64,000 nt of DNA from contig NC_043006.1 of the NCBI RefSeq assembly GCF_006345805.1, positions 14,074,001 through 14,138,000 of the forward strand, written 5' to 3'. Of the stretch, positions 11,682 to 24,477 are shown one piece after another. The notes beneath the pieces are model-generated. The model searched no databases. It was not told the DNA's origin and was given only the letters and a program-made list of their open reading frames with translations. Positions within the stretch are counted from its first letter, which is position 1. Each line of letters begins with the position of its first letter. Position numbers and translations under genes: made by a program. This stretch comes from Octopus sinensis. Lineage: Eukaryota.

Positions 11682-12120
11682 TACAAGTGTCGAAGTGCAT
11701 CCCGTGACCAAGTTTGCATGCATGAGGCTGATAACATCATAAGACTTGGAAGGCAGCTCCTTGAGCAACACTCTTTGTCTGATTACCTAGAATACATGCC
11801 CAAAGAAGTCACACGACTCTACCGCAACGTATCATCAGATGAAAGGATGAGCCTATATGAGCAGAAGACTATGCATGGATAAGTTACCAGAAAGCTCCGT
11901 GATGATAGTAACATCGATCATCAAAGCAGCTTATCATGGACCAATAGCCGGATTACTACCTCCCATTTTGAAGAGAATGCGTTTGCAATCCAGGAACAAG
12001 AAATGTTAACCAAGTACCTGATGCACAAAAGGGATAGAGATGCAGGAAAAGCCGTAAAATGTGACAACCGATGCAGACTTTGTGGAGTTCATATTGAAGT
12101 TATCATCCACATCATAACCA
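11682..12120 (+). pseudogene. RLE-type non-LTR retrotransposon fragment (R4/Dong-like, pre-endonuclease zinc knuckle)
   Basis: One frame through one stop: KTMHG*...SLSW...FAIQEQEMLTKYL...CDNRCRLCGVHIEVIIHI. Confidence 0.7.
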
Positions 12121-12959
12121 ATCTCTTCAGTCACACGTCTCTCTACTTCCATTTCTTTGGAACATATGTTCCAGCGTTGGGATTTGTCCGAGATCTGTCC
12201 AAGATGAGTATGTGTGTGTGCGTCTGTATGTCATTTTTCATATACATAAGAACGGTTTTGGTTTTCTCTGTGTTTTCTTTGCAAACGCACACGTTCATCG
12301 ATATAACATGTCTATCAGTTAAACTGTCTTCTTTGTTTGATAGATGTTGAATAAATCGATATCTATCTGTGCGTGAATATGCGCATGCGTGTGCGTGTGT
12401 CTGTGTGTGTATGGGAGGACATGTGTGTATGGGAGGGCATGTGTGTATGAGCTTGTGTGTCTATGTTTACGTGTCCGTGTGTATGTGTATGTGTTCGTGT
12501 GTAAGTGTATGTGATCGTATGTGTATGAGTTCTTGTGTGTTTTTGTGTACGTGTGTACGTCCGTATGCATGTTTCTGTGTGCATACGTGTGCGTGAGAGC
12601 ATGTTTGTATCCTTGTTTGTCTTTGCGTGTATGTGTGTGTGTGTGTGTGCGTCCATGGATCTTTGTAAGGCTTTGCCTATTGAGAATATTTATTATTCAA
12701 AACCTGTTTCGTTTATGAAGACTGACTCCCGTATCTGTCGTAGTGATGCGTCGTCCGGATGTCTAGCACACAATGTGAAAATTAATATATTAATAGCTGA
12801 CTTAGAATAATGAAAAACATATCGCCCCCGTTCAAACCCTGGAAGAAACAGAAATACACATAAGATTCCATGCATTGCATTTTGACCAAAATATTTAACA
12901 TACGAGTTAGAAAAACTAGTAATAGAAAACGGCTGATCGATAAATTTGTTAGTGGAGTA

Positions 12960-13115
12960 ACTAGCCCATTGACTAACAATAACAATAAAGAACCGAACCA
13001 GTGCGTGTGTTTATTATTACCGGCATGATGCCCCTCCCAAGGCTCAATAGTATTTCTTCCAACACACGAATTCACATCAAGAATCTTACAAACCAAATAC
13101 AAATACGAATTATAA
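12960..13115 (+). repeat. Unclassified dispersed repeat; empty-site paralogue of 54545-54960
   Basis: TTGACTAA..ATAAC...GAACCAGTGCGTGTG...GAATTCACAT.AAGAATCTT.CAAACCAAATA shared between the two loci. Confidence 0.7.
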
Positions 13116-13119
13116 ACTC

Positions 13120-13256
13120 CATATATATATATACAGAGAGAGAGAGAGAGAGAGTGAGTGAGTGAGTGAGTGAGTGAGTGAGTGAGTGAGTGAATGAGTG
13201 AGTGAGTGAGTGAATGAGTGAGAGAGAGAAAAAGAGAGACAGACAGACAGACAGAC

Positions 13257-13339
<83 letters not shown>

Positions 13340-13380
13340 GAGATAGATAGATAGATAGAGAAAAGAGAGAGAGAGATACA
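13120..13380. repeat. Compound (GA)/(GAGT)/(GACA)/(GATA) microsatellite
   Basis: Direct inspection. Confidence 0.95.
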
Positions 13381-13901
13381 ATTGCAGTAGGTGTGTGTGA
13401 ATGTGAGCATGGGTTTGTTTGAATACACATTGATTTAATAATAGAATATCAAATCTGTGTGAAGACAGGGAATAATCTACACACACTAGCACACACATAA
13501 ACAGACATACAAATAAAATCACGAACATACATATATATGCTTATATTAACAGATACACAGAAGCGTACGCACACACAAACAAACAAACACAACTAATAAG
13601 AATAGAAATATATTTATTTTGAAACTATAAGAACTAGTTAATGTAATGTGATTGGAAAATATTGAGGTATTTCAATTTTGCAAATGTTATTTATTTGTTG
13701 AAAACAATAATGAAAAAAGCAATTGTATTTTGTAAAATCCTGATTGATTTATGGGTAAATATTGCAGTTTATCACGAATGTGTCTCGGACGACAAAAACA
13801 GAAGAAGGAGAATTTGAAAGAAATCGTGGTGGAGATGTGATCCAAAAGAGTCCAGACGGAGAGAGTGTGTGTGAGGAAGGAGATACAGAGATAGAAAAGA
13901 C

Positions 13902-13960
<59 letters not shown>

Positions 13961-14066
13961 TGATTTCGAAAATGGTTACGAGTGGCAAAAATGTCCAGAG
14001 ACATTGAGGAGGGCGAGAGAGATGGGGAAAGAAAAAGGGGCCTTTGCAAAAATATCCCATGGTTTA

Positions 14067-14509
14067 TCTTTTTATCTTTTACTTGTTTCGGTCATTAAAC
14101 TGCGGCCATGCTGGGGCATCACCTTGAAGAATCTATAGTCAAATGAACCGACTCAAGAACTTGCATTTTTTTAAAGTCTAGTGCTTATTCTATCGATGCT
14201 TATTTGCAGAACTGCTAAGTTACGGGAAAGTCAATACAATAGTGCCAGTGTTCAAGCGGTGGTAGGGACAAACACGCACACACACACATACACACACAAA
14301 CACACACATAACATACACACATACACACACATACATATATATATATATATAGGACGGGCTTCTTTCAGTTTCCATCTACCAAATGCACTCACAAGGCTTT
14401 GATCGGTCCGAGGTTATTGTTGAAGACGCTTGCTCAAGGTGCCACGCAGTGGGACTGAACCCGAAATCATGTGGTTGGGAAGCAAGCTTCTTACCACAGA
14501 GCCACGCCT
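14067..14509 (-). mobile_element. SINE-A, diverged
   Basis: Homology to SINE-A across both halves. Confidence 0.85.
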
Positions 14510-14834
14510 GATTGCGTAGTAAACGGGAGCCAACAGTGACCAGAGAGGGTGGAAGAGTGGACGACAGAATCGGAGAAAAGAAGAAAGAGAGAGAAGGAGA
14601 GGGAGAGATTTGAAAATTATGGAGTTTGCGAAGTAAGGGAGGACTGAGAGTACCCCAAACAACAACGGTATTTTGCACAAGATTTACAAACCCTACAGGG
14701 TTCATTGCAACAAAATGTGAGAAAAAGAGACCTCAATAAATGCGTGATGTTTGTTTTTTTGTTTTTTTTTTAGGGGTGGCCATTATCCCTTGTTCAATTC
14801 TGTCCTTTATCACTCCTTAATATAAAGGATAAGG

Positions 14835-15045
14835 AAGGCGACGGGCTGGCAGAATCGTTAGCACGCCGAGAAAATAGTGACATTTCGTCCATCTTTAACG
14901 TTCTGAGTTCATATTCCGCCGAGGTCGACTTTACCTTTCATCCTTTTGAATTCGGTAAAATAAGTATCAGTTGTGTACTGGGGTCGTTAGCACTTAACAC
15001 CTCCTCGAACTTGCTGAACTTGTGCCAAAATTTGAAACCAATATA
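14835..15045 (+). mobile_element. SINE-C variant with alternative tail (…GTGCCAAAATTTGAAACCAAT)
   Basis: SINE-C head and central domain; tail shared with 54400-54430 and 55950-55976. Confidence 0.8.
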
Positions 15046-15324
15046 AAGGCTAAGGTCTTGTTTTATGACAAGAAAGATTTGAAAGATTTTGAAGGTTCCT
15101 GGCACTACCTGGTCTTGCAGACACATCAATGCAGAAAACTAATGTCACATGCTTCACATACTGCTTTGAGCACAGCCAGATACTTTGGAGCTGTATTCAG
15201 CATACTAAGACTCAAAATAGGAACATAAAATAGGATTGAAACCAAATAGGATCTAACCATTTGTGTGTCTGAGGATGTGCGGAGTCACAGAGGTATATAT
15301 TAAAATACGCAACAGAGGAAAAGG

Positions 15325-15400
<76 letters not shown>

Positions 15401-15877
15401 TGTTTCTTTATTAGCTACACAAGGCTGCACACAGACGGGACAGATCACAAAGTAGAGCTTTTCTTTTTGGGGAAGAGGAAAAAAAAGTGGGGCAGGTTTT
15501 CGATCAAAAGGGATCGTAAAAGGGAAAGAAAAAGAAGGGAACAGAAATAAACGATGAATATGTGTCGTGTATCACAGTGTCATGATGTAAAGTGTAAAGG
15601 GGGAGGCAGATAATGTTTATCCGTGGAAAGAAAAGCCTACGAAAAAGACCGCGGTAACCTCGGTCAATAATGTCACATGTTAACACATTTATTTGCAAGT
15701 AAGTAACTCTCTGTTTTAAATTTTTCCGGGTTCATAGGATCATACTCAAGGTGGTTTCGTCATTCATACGTGCCATCCTTGCTACATTCACCCATCTTTT
15801 TTTTTTAACATTCGCTAGACAAAACTTGCCTCTCTACTCTCACTTTCTTTTTCGAGTGATACTTGAAAAAGTTGATG

Positions 15878-16330
<453 letters not shown>

Positions 16331-16776
16331 AATCTATCCCTACTACACTCATATACAAAGGCACTGGATTTTTTTTCTACTTCAGGATATGTGGAGTATT
16401 TTAGATCAGTATTCATGCGATTTTTCACCAATAAGTTACTGATTGTGATTGGACGGGTGCCGATTCTATCGATCAAGTAGAAGGTAAATTAGAATCCTTA
16501 GTTGTAGCTACAAATTAATCTGAAATGATGCCATTAACGATGCTGAAACGGAGGCCATATTCAGACAGTATGTCTAATAACCGTGGTTCTGCAAGAAACC
16601 TCAAAATTTGGTTGTCTCAACCTGGCTAATTGTGAAGGCCTCTTCGAAATTCATGAAATGCTGATAACAAAATATATCACATGACCTCTGTTCTATTTTC
16701 GGTTCTTTTGTGCTTCGCTATTTCCACAGCTATGCAGATATCAATTAAAGAAGACTGTCATAAACCAATACATTCC

Positions 16777-16808
<32 letters not shown>

Positions 16809-17031
16809 TTATTAAATTAGAGATAAAACCACTATTAGGCAAATCAAACAGTGAAAAACATAAGCCAATACATAAAATTAATTTAAAAATATAAAAGTTA
16901 AAAATAAAAAATTATTTAAATAATTTAAACTTATAAATTTTATATATATATACAAAATATATATGTATGTATGTATATTTTTATATTTATATATTATTTT
17001 ATCCTTTAATTAATTAATTTTTTTTTATTAT

Positions 17032-17072
<41 letters not shown>

Positions 17073-17075
<3 letters not shown>

Positions 17076-17576
17076 GCTGTCCCATAATTAACTATTTATT
17101 TCAATGAAATCGGATAAATGTAAAAACCAAAGAATGATAGAAGTCTGTGTTTATCAATTATCATACCAAAACAAATAGATTTATAAATCTTACGTCAAAA
17201 CTTTATGGAAATTTTTTAACATTCACTCCGTTTGTAACTCTGCTTATTTTAAATCTATCCTTAATTTTGAAAAAATTCGGGAGTTATCTCCTGCACTGCT
17301 AACTGGATGGGTTCTTTAGATTCAGCTAAACTATTGCTCCAACCAGGGGATGGAAATAGAAAATAGGTTGCAACCAAACTGTCGTGGACAGATAAGCGGG
17401 ATCTAACAGGAATGTAGATAAAATTATTTAAAAAATTATAAAAATTATAAAATCATAAAACAAAATAAAAAATTTATACACATTTAACACGTATCAAACA
17501 TGATAAATATAAATAAAAGTGAGTTTTTAATTTTTTTTTAATTGTTCAATTTCACTGAAATAGTTAATTCTGAGAC
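17073..17576. mobile_element. Tc1/mariner-type MITE, right tip lost
   Basis: TA|CAGGCTGTCCCATAATTAACTATTT at left; AAATAGTTAATTCTGAGACA at right. Confidence 0.6.
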
Positions 17577-17581
17577 ATATA

Positions 17582-18098
17582 TCTATATATATAATACTCT
17601 ACTTGTGTGAGTGTCGGTCCCCTTCGATTTAGATTCCTAACTCCTCCCACATTTTGCGGTGCAGTTTAACCAAATTCGGGTATCTTATAGTCGTGATTAA
17701 TATCGAGCCCGTCTGGCTATTAGCGCGCGTCTACGATGAGTCTACGATTTTTAAAATAATTTAACATCATTTTTTATTCCATTTTAATGCATAATTTTTC
17801 GTGTGTCGATGGCGGCGGAGTTGGCGTCCACGCTCAAACACCTGCACCTGTGTTTGCTTCTCCCCCTTCTTCCCTCCCTCGTGAAGCTGTGGGGAAGGGA
17901 GTTTAAGGAAATCAACGTCGTAATGCGTTGTCAAGGAGACCAGCGTTCTTTTAGAACAACGACTTCATGGCTTGAAGACACCAAAACAGAAATGACTAAG
18001 AAAGCCCGAATTGGTATCTATAAAGGAAGTAACTCTCTAAAAATGCTTATATAGTTATTTCCCTTACAAACCCGAGCAACGCCGGGCGATACTGCTAG
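17582..18098 (+). mobile_element. Non-autonomous Helitron (long variant)
   Basis: A|TC start, CCCG-AGCAACGC-CGGG hairpin, CTAG|T end; homologous to 22820-23213 and 32301-32696. Confidence 0.85.
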
Positions 18099-18158
18099 TA
18101 TATATATATAAATAAATGAAAGAATGGAGTTGAACGACGATTTAACAAAATTCCTTTA

Positions 18159-18241
18159 TTCTCGACATATGTTTCGAAGGCTGCATATTCCTAATTTCGA
18201 AGGAATAAGGGGTGCATTATGCCGCCTTCTCATCAGGAAAA
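18159..18241 (-). ncRNA. Canonical type I hammerhead ribozyme motif
   Basis: Minus strand TTTTC-CTGATGA-GAAGGC…GCCTTC-GAAA-CATATG-T-C-GAGAA: all core nucleotides canonical, GUC triplet, palindromic stem III. Confidence 0.8.
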
Positions 18242-18433
18242 ACAAGGAACTTATGTCAGCATCAAGATGAACAAAAACTCTTAGATGGCTGTCCACACGG
18301 AGTCCATAGCGATAATGAGTGTTTCTTTAAAATATTCCGTTATAAGCAGTGACGTCAAAAATGGTTGAATGTAGAAGATACCCAGGTGTCGGTTAACCGA
18401 ATTATCCATACTAAGATAATTCATTCAACTACT

Positions 18434-18532
<99 letters not shown>

Positions 18533-18635
18533 TGATAGAAATGGAAGACAACAAAAAAATGAAAGAGACCTCGATATTATGTAAATAGAGGAATTTATCT
18601 GTAAATATAGTATGTGACAATTATTCGGTAGCCAT

Positions 18636-18696
18636 GATAAAACTCTGAATTTCGGATGTCGGGGCGGAAATCCACGCCGGCATCTCTTCAGTTATC
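18636..18696 (-). ncRNA. Family E HHR, unit 1
   Basis: GATAA-CTGAAGA-GATGCCGG…CCGACATC-C-GAAA-TTC A GAG-T-T-TTATC. Confidence 0.7.
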
Positions 18697-18775
18697 TGGC
18701 CATCGAAAAAAATGCTATGAAAATGACCGTTAAAACAAAGGGAAATCACTGTGTCACAGTAAATTCCCTTTGGGG

Positions 18776-18862
<87 letters not shown>

Positions 18863-18871
18863 TATACATAC

Positions 18872-18947
<76 letters not shown>

Positions 18948-19050
18948 TGATAGAAATGGAAGACAACAAAAGAATGAAAGAGACCTCGATATTATGTAAA
19001 TAGAGGAATTTATCTGTAAATATAGTATGTGACAATTATTCGGTAGCAAT

Positions 19051-19111
19051 GATAAAACTCTGAATTTCGGATGTCGGGGCGGAAATCCACGCCGGCATCT
19101 CTTCAGTTATC
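19051..19111 (-). ncRNA. Family E HHR, unit 2
   Basis: Identical to 18636-18696. Confidence 0.7.
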
Positions 19112-19190
19112 TGGCCATCGAAAAAAATGCTATGAAAATGACCGTTAAAACAAAGGGAAATCACTGTGTCACAGTAAATTCCCTTTGGGG

Positions 19191-19300
<110 letters not shown>

Positions 19301-19889
19301 TACTTGTTTCAACTGCAATTATGCTGAGGCTCTGCCTTGAAAGGTTTAGCTGAACAAATCGACACCAGTACTTACTTTTAGGCCTAGTACTCAATCTATA
19401 GGACTATTTTTCCAAGCTGCTAAGTTACGGGGACGTAAACAAACTAACACCGGTTGCCAATGGGTAGGGTGACAAGCACAGGCACACATACATACGCATG
19501 TACACGCATGTAATAAAAACAGACGAATAGATTATATTTTCACGCTACAATGTTTCATTAAGAGATTTTATTGTGATGTAACATCGTGCGTTCAGTTGTG
19601 AAATACGTTACAATACAATAATCTCCCAAATCCTCGGGTCAATCGTATGCATGTTGATATTTGATGTGTTGTCAGATTAGCAAGACTAACAACAATGAAC
19701 ATTCAAAGCGGGAATATCAGCAGTTCTATATGAAGTTAGGCGGAAGTGTAACTGGCTAATCAGAAATATGGGTAGTTCCATTAGGTTAACCAGTTGTATC
19801 TCTCGTAATTCTAATGCATTAAATTTAGGGAAATAAATATACACCACCAATCTTAACAACCCATTTATCCTATTCTCATAACCACGCTA

Positions 19890-20230
19890 TCTATTATATA
19901 AAATCCGTTTAGTCTGTCTGTGTGTGTGTCTTCTAGGATCTCGGGCATCCTCCATCCGATTGCGCTCAAATTTGATATGTAGATACCGATGGTATCAGGG
20001 CGTGTATAAGTCTTGAAAAAATTACAAAAGTTGATTCCAGGTGAGAATGCGCATTTGTATGCGCAAGTACATCAGCTGTTGCGATCGATACTACGCGTAC
20101 GCAAGAAAAATGCACGTGCAGTTTGCGCAAAAAAAAGCCGGCTGGCTTGAAATAATGCCACAAAATGCAGTACATTATTTTAGAGACCCAAAAAGTAAGA
20201 TGCAAAAGAAGTATTTTCTTCAAACTTGGC
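19890..20230 (+). mobile_element. Helitron-like 5' end (different family); end not defined
   Basis: A|TCTATTATATAAAATCC followed by TCTGTCTGTGTG; no clear hairpin-CTRR end. Confidence 0.4.
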
Positions 20231-20521
20231 ATGAGGGAAGGAAGGACTATTTGGTTTCTCGAGAAGTTTTTTTTTTTTTTTTTGCCTTAACTTCGTTTAA
20301 GAAAAACAAAAACGGGGACGTTTTGCTCGTACAATATAATTTGATACAACGTCTATTTCATGATTAGTGGCTGCAGCTCACTTCAAAGATTTGACAGGTA
20401 AACATGTATACTGGCACACCATTGCTTACGACGATAAGGGTTTCAGTTGATCCGATTAACGGAACAGCCTGCTCGTGAAATTAACGTACAAGTGGCTGAG
20501 CACTCCACAGACACGTATACC

Positions 20522-20685
20522 TATTTCTATTTCTTTACTACCCACAAGAGACTAAACACAGAGAAGACAAACATGGACAGACAAACGGATTAAGTCGATT
20601 ATATCGACCCCAGTGCGTAACTGATACTTAATTTATCGACCCCGAAAGGATGATAGGCGAAGTCGACCTCGGCGGAATTTGAACT
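20522..20685 (-). mobile_element. 5'-truncated SINE-C with 14-bp TSD
   Basis: TSD CAGACACGTATACC at 20508-20521 and 20686-20699. Confidence 0.9.
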
Positions 20686-20704
20686 CAGACACGTATACCC
20701 TTAA

Positions 20705-20925
20705 CCCTTTCATTACTGTATTTGTTTTGAGATGCTCTGTGTTTCTTTCAATTACTTTAAATATAACAAAGAATTTAGTAAAATAACTTAGTTATCATTT
20801 AGCTGGTGTTAGAAACATTAATTGTGACTAAGGTTTGGTGGAAGATTTTAATTCGAAACTTATGGAAACAAGACATTTATACTAAAGAGCCAAAGCCGGT
20901 TTCAGCCGGGTTGGTAACAAAAGGG
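20705..20925. mobile_element. piggyBac-type MITE
   Basis: TTAA|CCCTTTCATTAC…GTAACAAAAGGG|T-TTAA, inserted at the TTAA seen intact in SINE-B (ACCCTTAACGTAG); related left end at 22494. Confidence 0.7.
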
Positions 20926-21164
20926 TTTAACGTAGTTCAGAAGGAAAATCAGTGTGACACAGAATGTGACAAGGCTGGTCCTTTGAAATACAGGTACTAC
21001 TAATTTTTTTTTCAGTTGAGTCGCTGAAATGGTCGGAACCAGAAAATAAATAAGATACGAGTATCTTTATTTTCTTATTTGTTTTCTTTTATATTCTGTG
21101 ATTAAGGAAAATTTCCTGGCTGAGGTAATCGCCTGAATTTTACAAATCTTCTTTTATGTAGTGC

Positions 21165-21215
21165 GCACGTGTGTGTGTGAGTGTGTGTGTGTGTTTGTGT
21201 GAGTGTGTGTGTGTG

Positions 21216-21247
<32 letters not shown>

Positions 21248-21437
21248 AGTGTGTGTGTGTGTGTGCACGTGTGTGTGGGTGTGTGTGTGCGTGTGTGTGT
21301 GTGAGTGTGTGTGTGTGTGTGTGCGTGTGTGTGTGCGTGTGTGTGCGTGTGTGTGTGTGCGTGTGTGTGTGTGCGCGTGTGTGTGTGTGTGTGTGTGTGT
21401 GCGTGCGTGTGTGTGTGAGTGTGTGAGTGTGTGTGTG
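21165..21437. repeat. Interrupted (TG)n microsatellite
   Basis: Direct inspection. Confidence 0.95.
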
Positions 21438-21439
21438 AC

Positions 21440-21680
21440 GCTGGAGTAGAGCACTTTGAAAGTAAACGCAGGAGACTAGATGAAGAGAAGAGGAGACGTC
21501 GTCATCCCACCTCCAGCTATTGTTCGGGGTCAATTTCAGTGCCCTTAGTGCCACAGGATCTGCCCGGCTTGTATCGGTCTTGTCAACCACGTCTGCTGCC
21601 ATAAGAAACGGTGTGCAGGAGACAGAGGCGGATAAATGTCTTGGGCCGACGCTCTCATCATCTTTGATCGAATGTCATAA
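21440..21680 (+). mobile_element. RTE-clade LINE 3' end
   Basis: GVEHFESKRRRLDEEKRRRRH then FQCP*CHRICPACIGLVNHVCCH (RTE C-terminal zinc-finger pattern). Confidence 0.75.
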
Positions 21681-21723
21681 CCTAAAGTAGTAAGCATGTG
21701 TGTGTGTGTGTGTGTGTGTGCGT

Positions 21724-21755
<32 letters not shown>

Positions 21756-21787
21756 TCTAAATTACTCATTTGTATTGATTGTTTATA

Positions 21788-22030
21788 TACTCTTTTACTC
21801 TTTTACTTGTTTCAGGCATTTGACTGCGGCCATGCTGGAGCACCGCCTTTAGTCGAGCAAATCGACCTCAGGACTTATTATTCTATCGGTCTCTTTCGCC
21901 GAACCGTTAAGTTACGGGAACGTAAACACACCAGCATCGGTTGTCAAGCGATGTTGGGGGGAACAAACATACACACACAAACATATACACACAAACATAT
22001 ACACACACAAACATATACACACACATTCAT
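21788..22030 (-). mobile_element. SINE-A 3' half (split; head at 23239-23392)
   Basis: Homology to SINE-A; about 1.2 kb of inserts lie in its microsatellite. Confidence 0.85.
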
Positions 22031-22039
22031 ATATATATA

Positions 22040-22490
22040 TCTCTTATTATAAAAGGCAGATTTTATCTGCCTCCCTTTGTCAGTTATAGAAATCTACAAT
22101 ATAGGATTTCTTCAATTACAATTTACCTAGCATTTTTAAGAGTAGAATGCATCGGGTTTTGCCAGGTCCAGTTTTTAAAATTTAAACTCCAATTAAGCAA
22201 AATTTACAGAAAACTCACATTCTGGTGTGTATGTCAAATGCTTTTCTTAGTCTGGTTTACAGCACACGCAAACGCACACACACAGTGTGCAACGAATAAA
22301 GTGAAACTAGATGTAATATTTGTTTCTGTCTATCACGCTGATAGATGCATGAGTAAAATGTATGGGAAGCTAACAGATAAGAGTGAGTGAAAATGTTCTT
22401 GGAAGAGAGTAAATAGCGACAGAGTGATTTGAGGAAGACTAAACTGAAAGTATGAAACAGTGTTTATGTATAAACAGACGACACTTATAT
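22040..22490 (+). mobile_element. Helitron-like element, 3' end unresolved
   Basis: A|TCTCTTATTATAAAAGG start within a TA tract. Confidence 0.35.
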
Positions 22491-22819
22491 AAACCCTTTC
22501 GTTACCAAACCGCCCGAATTTACCTATTCATATTTAAATGAGAATATCAGAGTAAATCTCTTTAGTACATTCGTGAAAACAAGTATTATACTTCGTAAAC
22601 ACTTCAAATGCAGTTTTGTACAAAAATCGAAGTGTAATTTTAATTCCGTGAATTATGGGAGATTTTTTTCCGAAATTTGTTCCTATTGTGTTTTCAAAAT
22701 TTGTAATTCTGACAAAAAATGGATACGAATTTCATTATATCAAGCAGCGAGTCAGAATTCGAAGGATTTTCTACTGAAGACCTTCATAAATCTAACTCTA
22801 TGACTGAAAAAAGAAAGCA

Positions 22820-23213
22820 TCTTTATATAAGAGTGAAGTTGTGTGTCTGTCTCCTACGATTTAGATTCGTAACTACTCCCACATTTTGCGGTGCAGTTTA
22901 ACCAAAAGCGGGTATCTTATAGTCGTGATTCATATCGAGCCCTTCTGGGTATTAGCGCGCGTCTACGATGAGTCTACGATTTTTAAAAAATTTACCATCA
23001 TATTTTTCCATTTTAATGCATTTTTTTCGCTTTTATATAAGGGAAGTAACTCTCTAAAAATATCTACGATGTGTCAACGATTTAAAAAAAATTTACCTTA
23101 ATTTCTTTTCAATTTTTAATGCATTTTTCTGCTATTTTTTGGCTATAACTCTCTAAAAATGCTTATATAGTTATTTCCCTTACAACCCGAGCAACGCCGG
23201 GCGATACTGCTAG
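22820..23213 (+). mobile_element. Non-autonomous Helitron
   Basis: A|TC…CCCGAGCAACGCCGGG…CTAG|T. Confidence 0.85.
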
Positions 23214-23238
23214 TATATATATATACACATACATATAT

Positions 23239-23392
23239 ACGACGGGCTTCTTTCAGTTTCCATCTACCAAATCCACTCACAAGTCTTTAGTCGGCCCGAG
23301 GCTATAGTAGAAGACACTTGCCCAAGGTGCCACGCAGTGGGAATGAACCCGGAACTATGTGGTTCGTAAACAAGCTATTTACCACACAGCCA
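23239..23392 (-). mobile_element. SINE-A head (split copy)
   Basis: GACGGGCTTCTTTCAGTTTCC…ACCACACAGCC. Confidence 0.85.
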
Positions 23393-23867
23393 GGTCAGTA
23401 ATAAACTAATGAAGATGAACACGGGCACGTGACAAAAATCCTCAAGGTATTATGTTTTATCGATGGTGTCATTTATATGTGAAGAAAGTAAATAACCTGC
23501 TGGCGGTAAACGCGTGAGTTGCAGTTGTCTCTTTTGATAGCGCATGCGCACCAGTAATTTAATAAAATACCAGCTGGAGAAATCAATTAAATGATTAAAT
23601 AAAATTGTTTTATTCTATTAACCTCACTGAAATATTAAAGCAATTTATATAAATCTTTCCTTCATATTTAATTCACTTTAGATCCGATCTTTCAAATAAT
23701 TTTCAACAAAAATTTAATTATTTTTACAAGTATATATTAAATGTATGGAATGTATGTTATTTCGAAGCATTTTTTAAATACCAACTTCAACATCATTTTC
23801 AATATTACTAATTTTGATAGCACGGGTATATACAAAGTGTTCGGGTTAAATTTGATGGTATTTTATA

Positions 23868-24092
23868 TGGCAGAAACGTTAGCACGCCGGGCGAAATGCT
23901 AGGCGGTATTTCGTCTGCGTTACGTTGTGAGTTAAAATTCCGCCGAGGTCGACTTTGCCTTTCATCTTTTCGGGTTCGATAAATTAAGTACCAGTTACGC
24001 ACTGGGGTCGATGTAATCGACTTAATACCTATGTCTTTCCTTGTTTGTCCCCTCTGTGTTTAGCCCCTCGTGGGTAATAAAGAAATAGGTAT
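23868..24092 (+). mobile_element. SINE-C with 12-bp TSD
   Basis: GGTATTTTATAT at 23857-23868 and 24088-24099. Confidence 0.9.
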
Positions 24093-24105
24093 TTTATATA
24101 TCCTT

Positions 24106-24340
24106 AAGGCAGCGAGCAGGCAGAAACGTTAGCACGCCGGGTGAAATGCGTAGCCGTATTTCGTCTGCCGCTACGTTCTGAGTTCAAATTCCGCCGATGT
24201 CGACTTTGCTTTTCATCCTTTCGGGGTCGATGAATGAAGTACCAGTTACGTACTGGAGTCGATGTAATCGACTTAACCCGTTTGTCTGTCCTTGTTTGTA
24301 CCCTCTGTGTTTAGCCCCTTGTGTGTAGCAAAAAAATAGG
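24106..24340 (+). mobile_element. SINE-C
   Basis: Full-length homology. Confidence 0.9.
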
Positions 24341-24477
24341 AATTTTATATCTCCTCTTTCAAGGAACCGCTTGATGTATTGGTGAACAGCCAACGACGTT
24401 GGAGAGCATAAAGGTTAAAGTTGTAGATGAAAAAAGAAGTGAACTGACACGGAGGACTGGAAGCCTTCTGAATATTG

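Larger units (their letters stand above)
20413..20995 (-). mobile_element. SINE-B/D 3' part hosting two nested insertions
   Basis: Homology to the reverse complement of the SINE-B tail resumes after each insert. Confidence 0.8.

Noticed and set aside
15060-15215. Possible RLE-LINE C-terminus (TALSTAR…VFSI)
   Set aside because: Too short and degenerate to support by eye
16386-16483. Plus-strand exon with a strong acceptor and AAG|GTAAAT donor
   Set aside because: All three frames contain a stop before the donor
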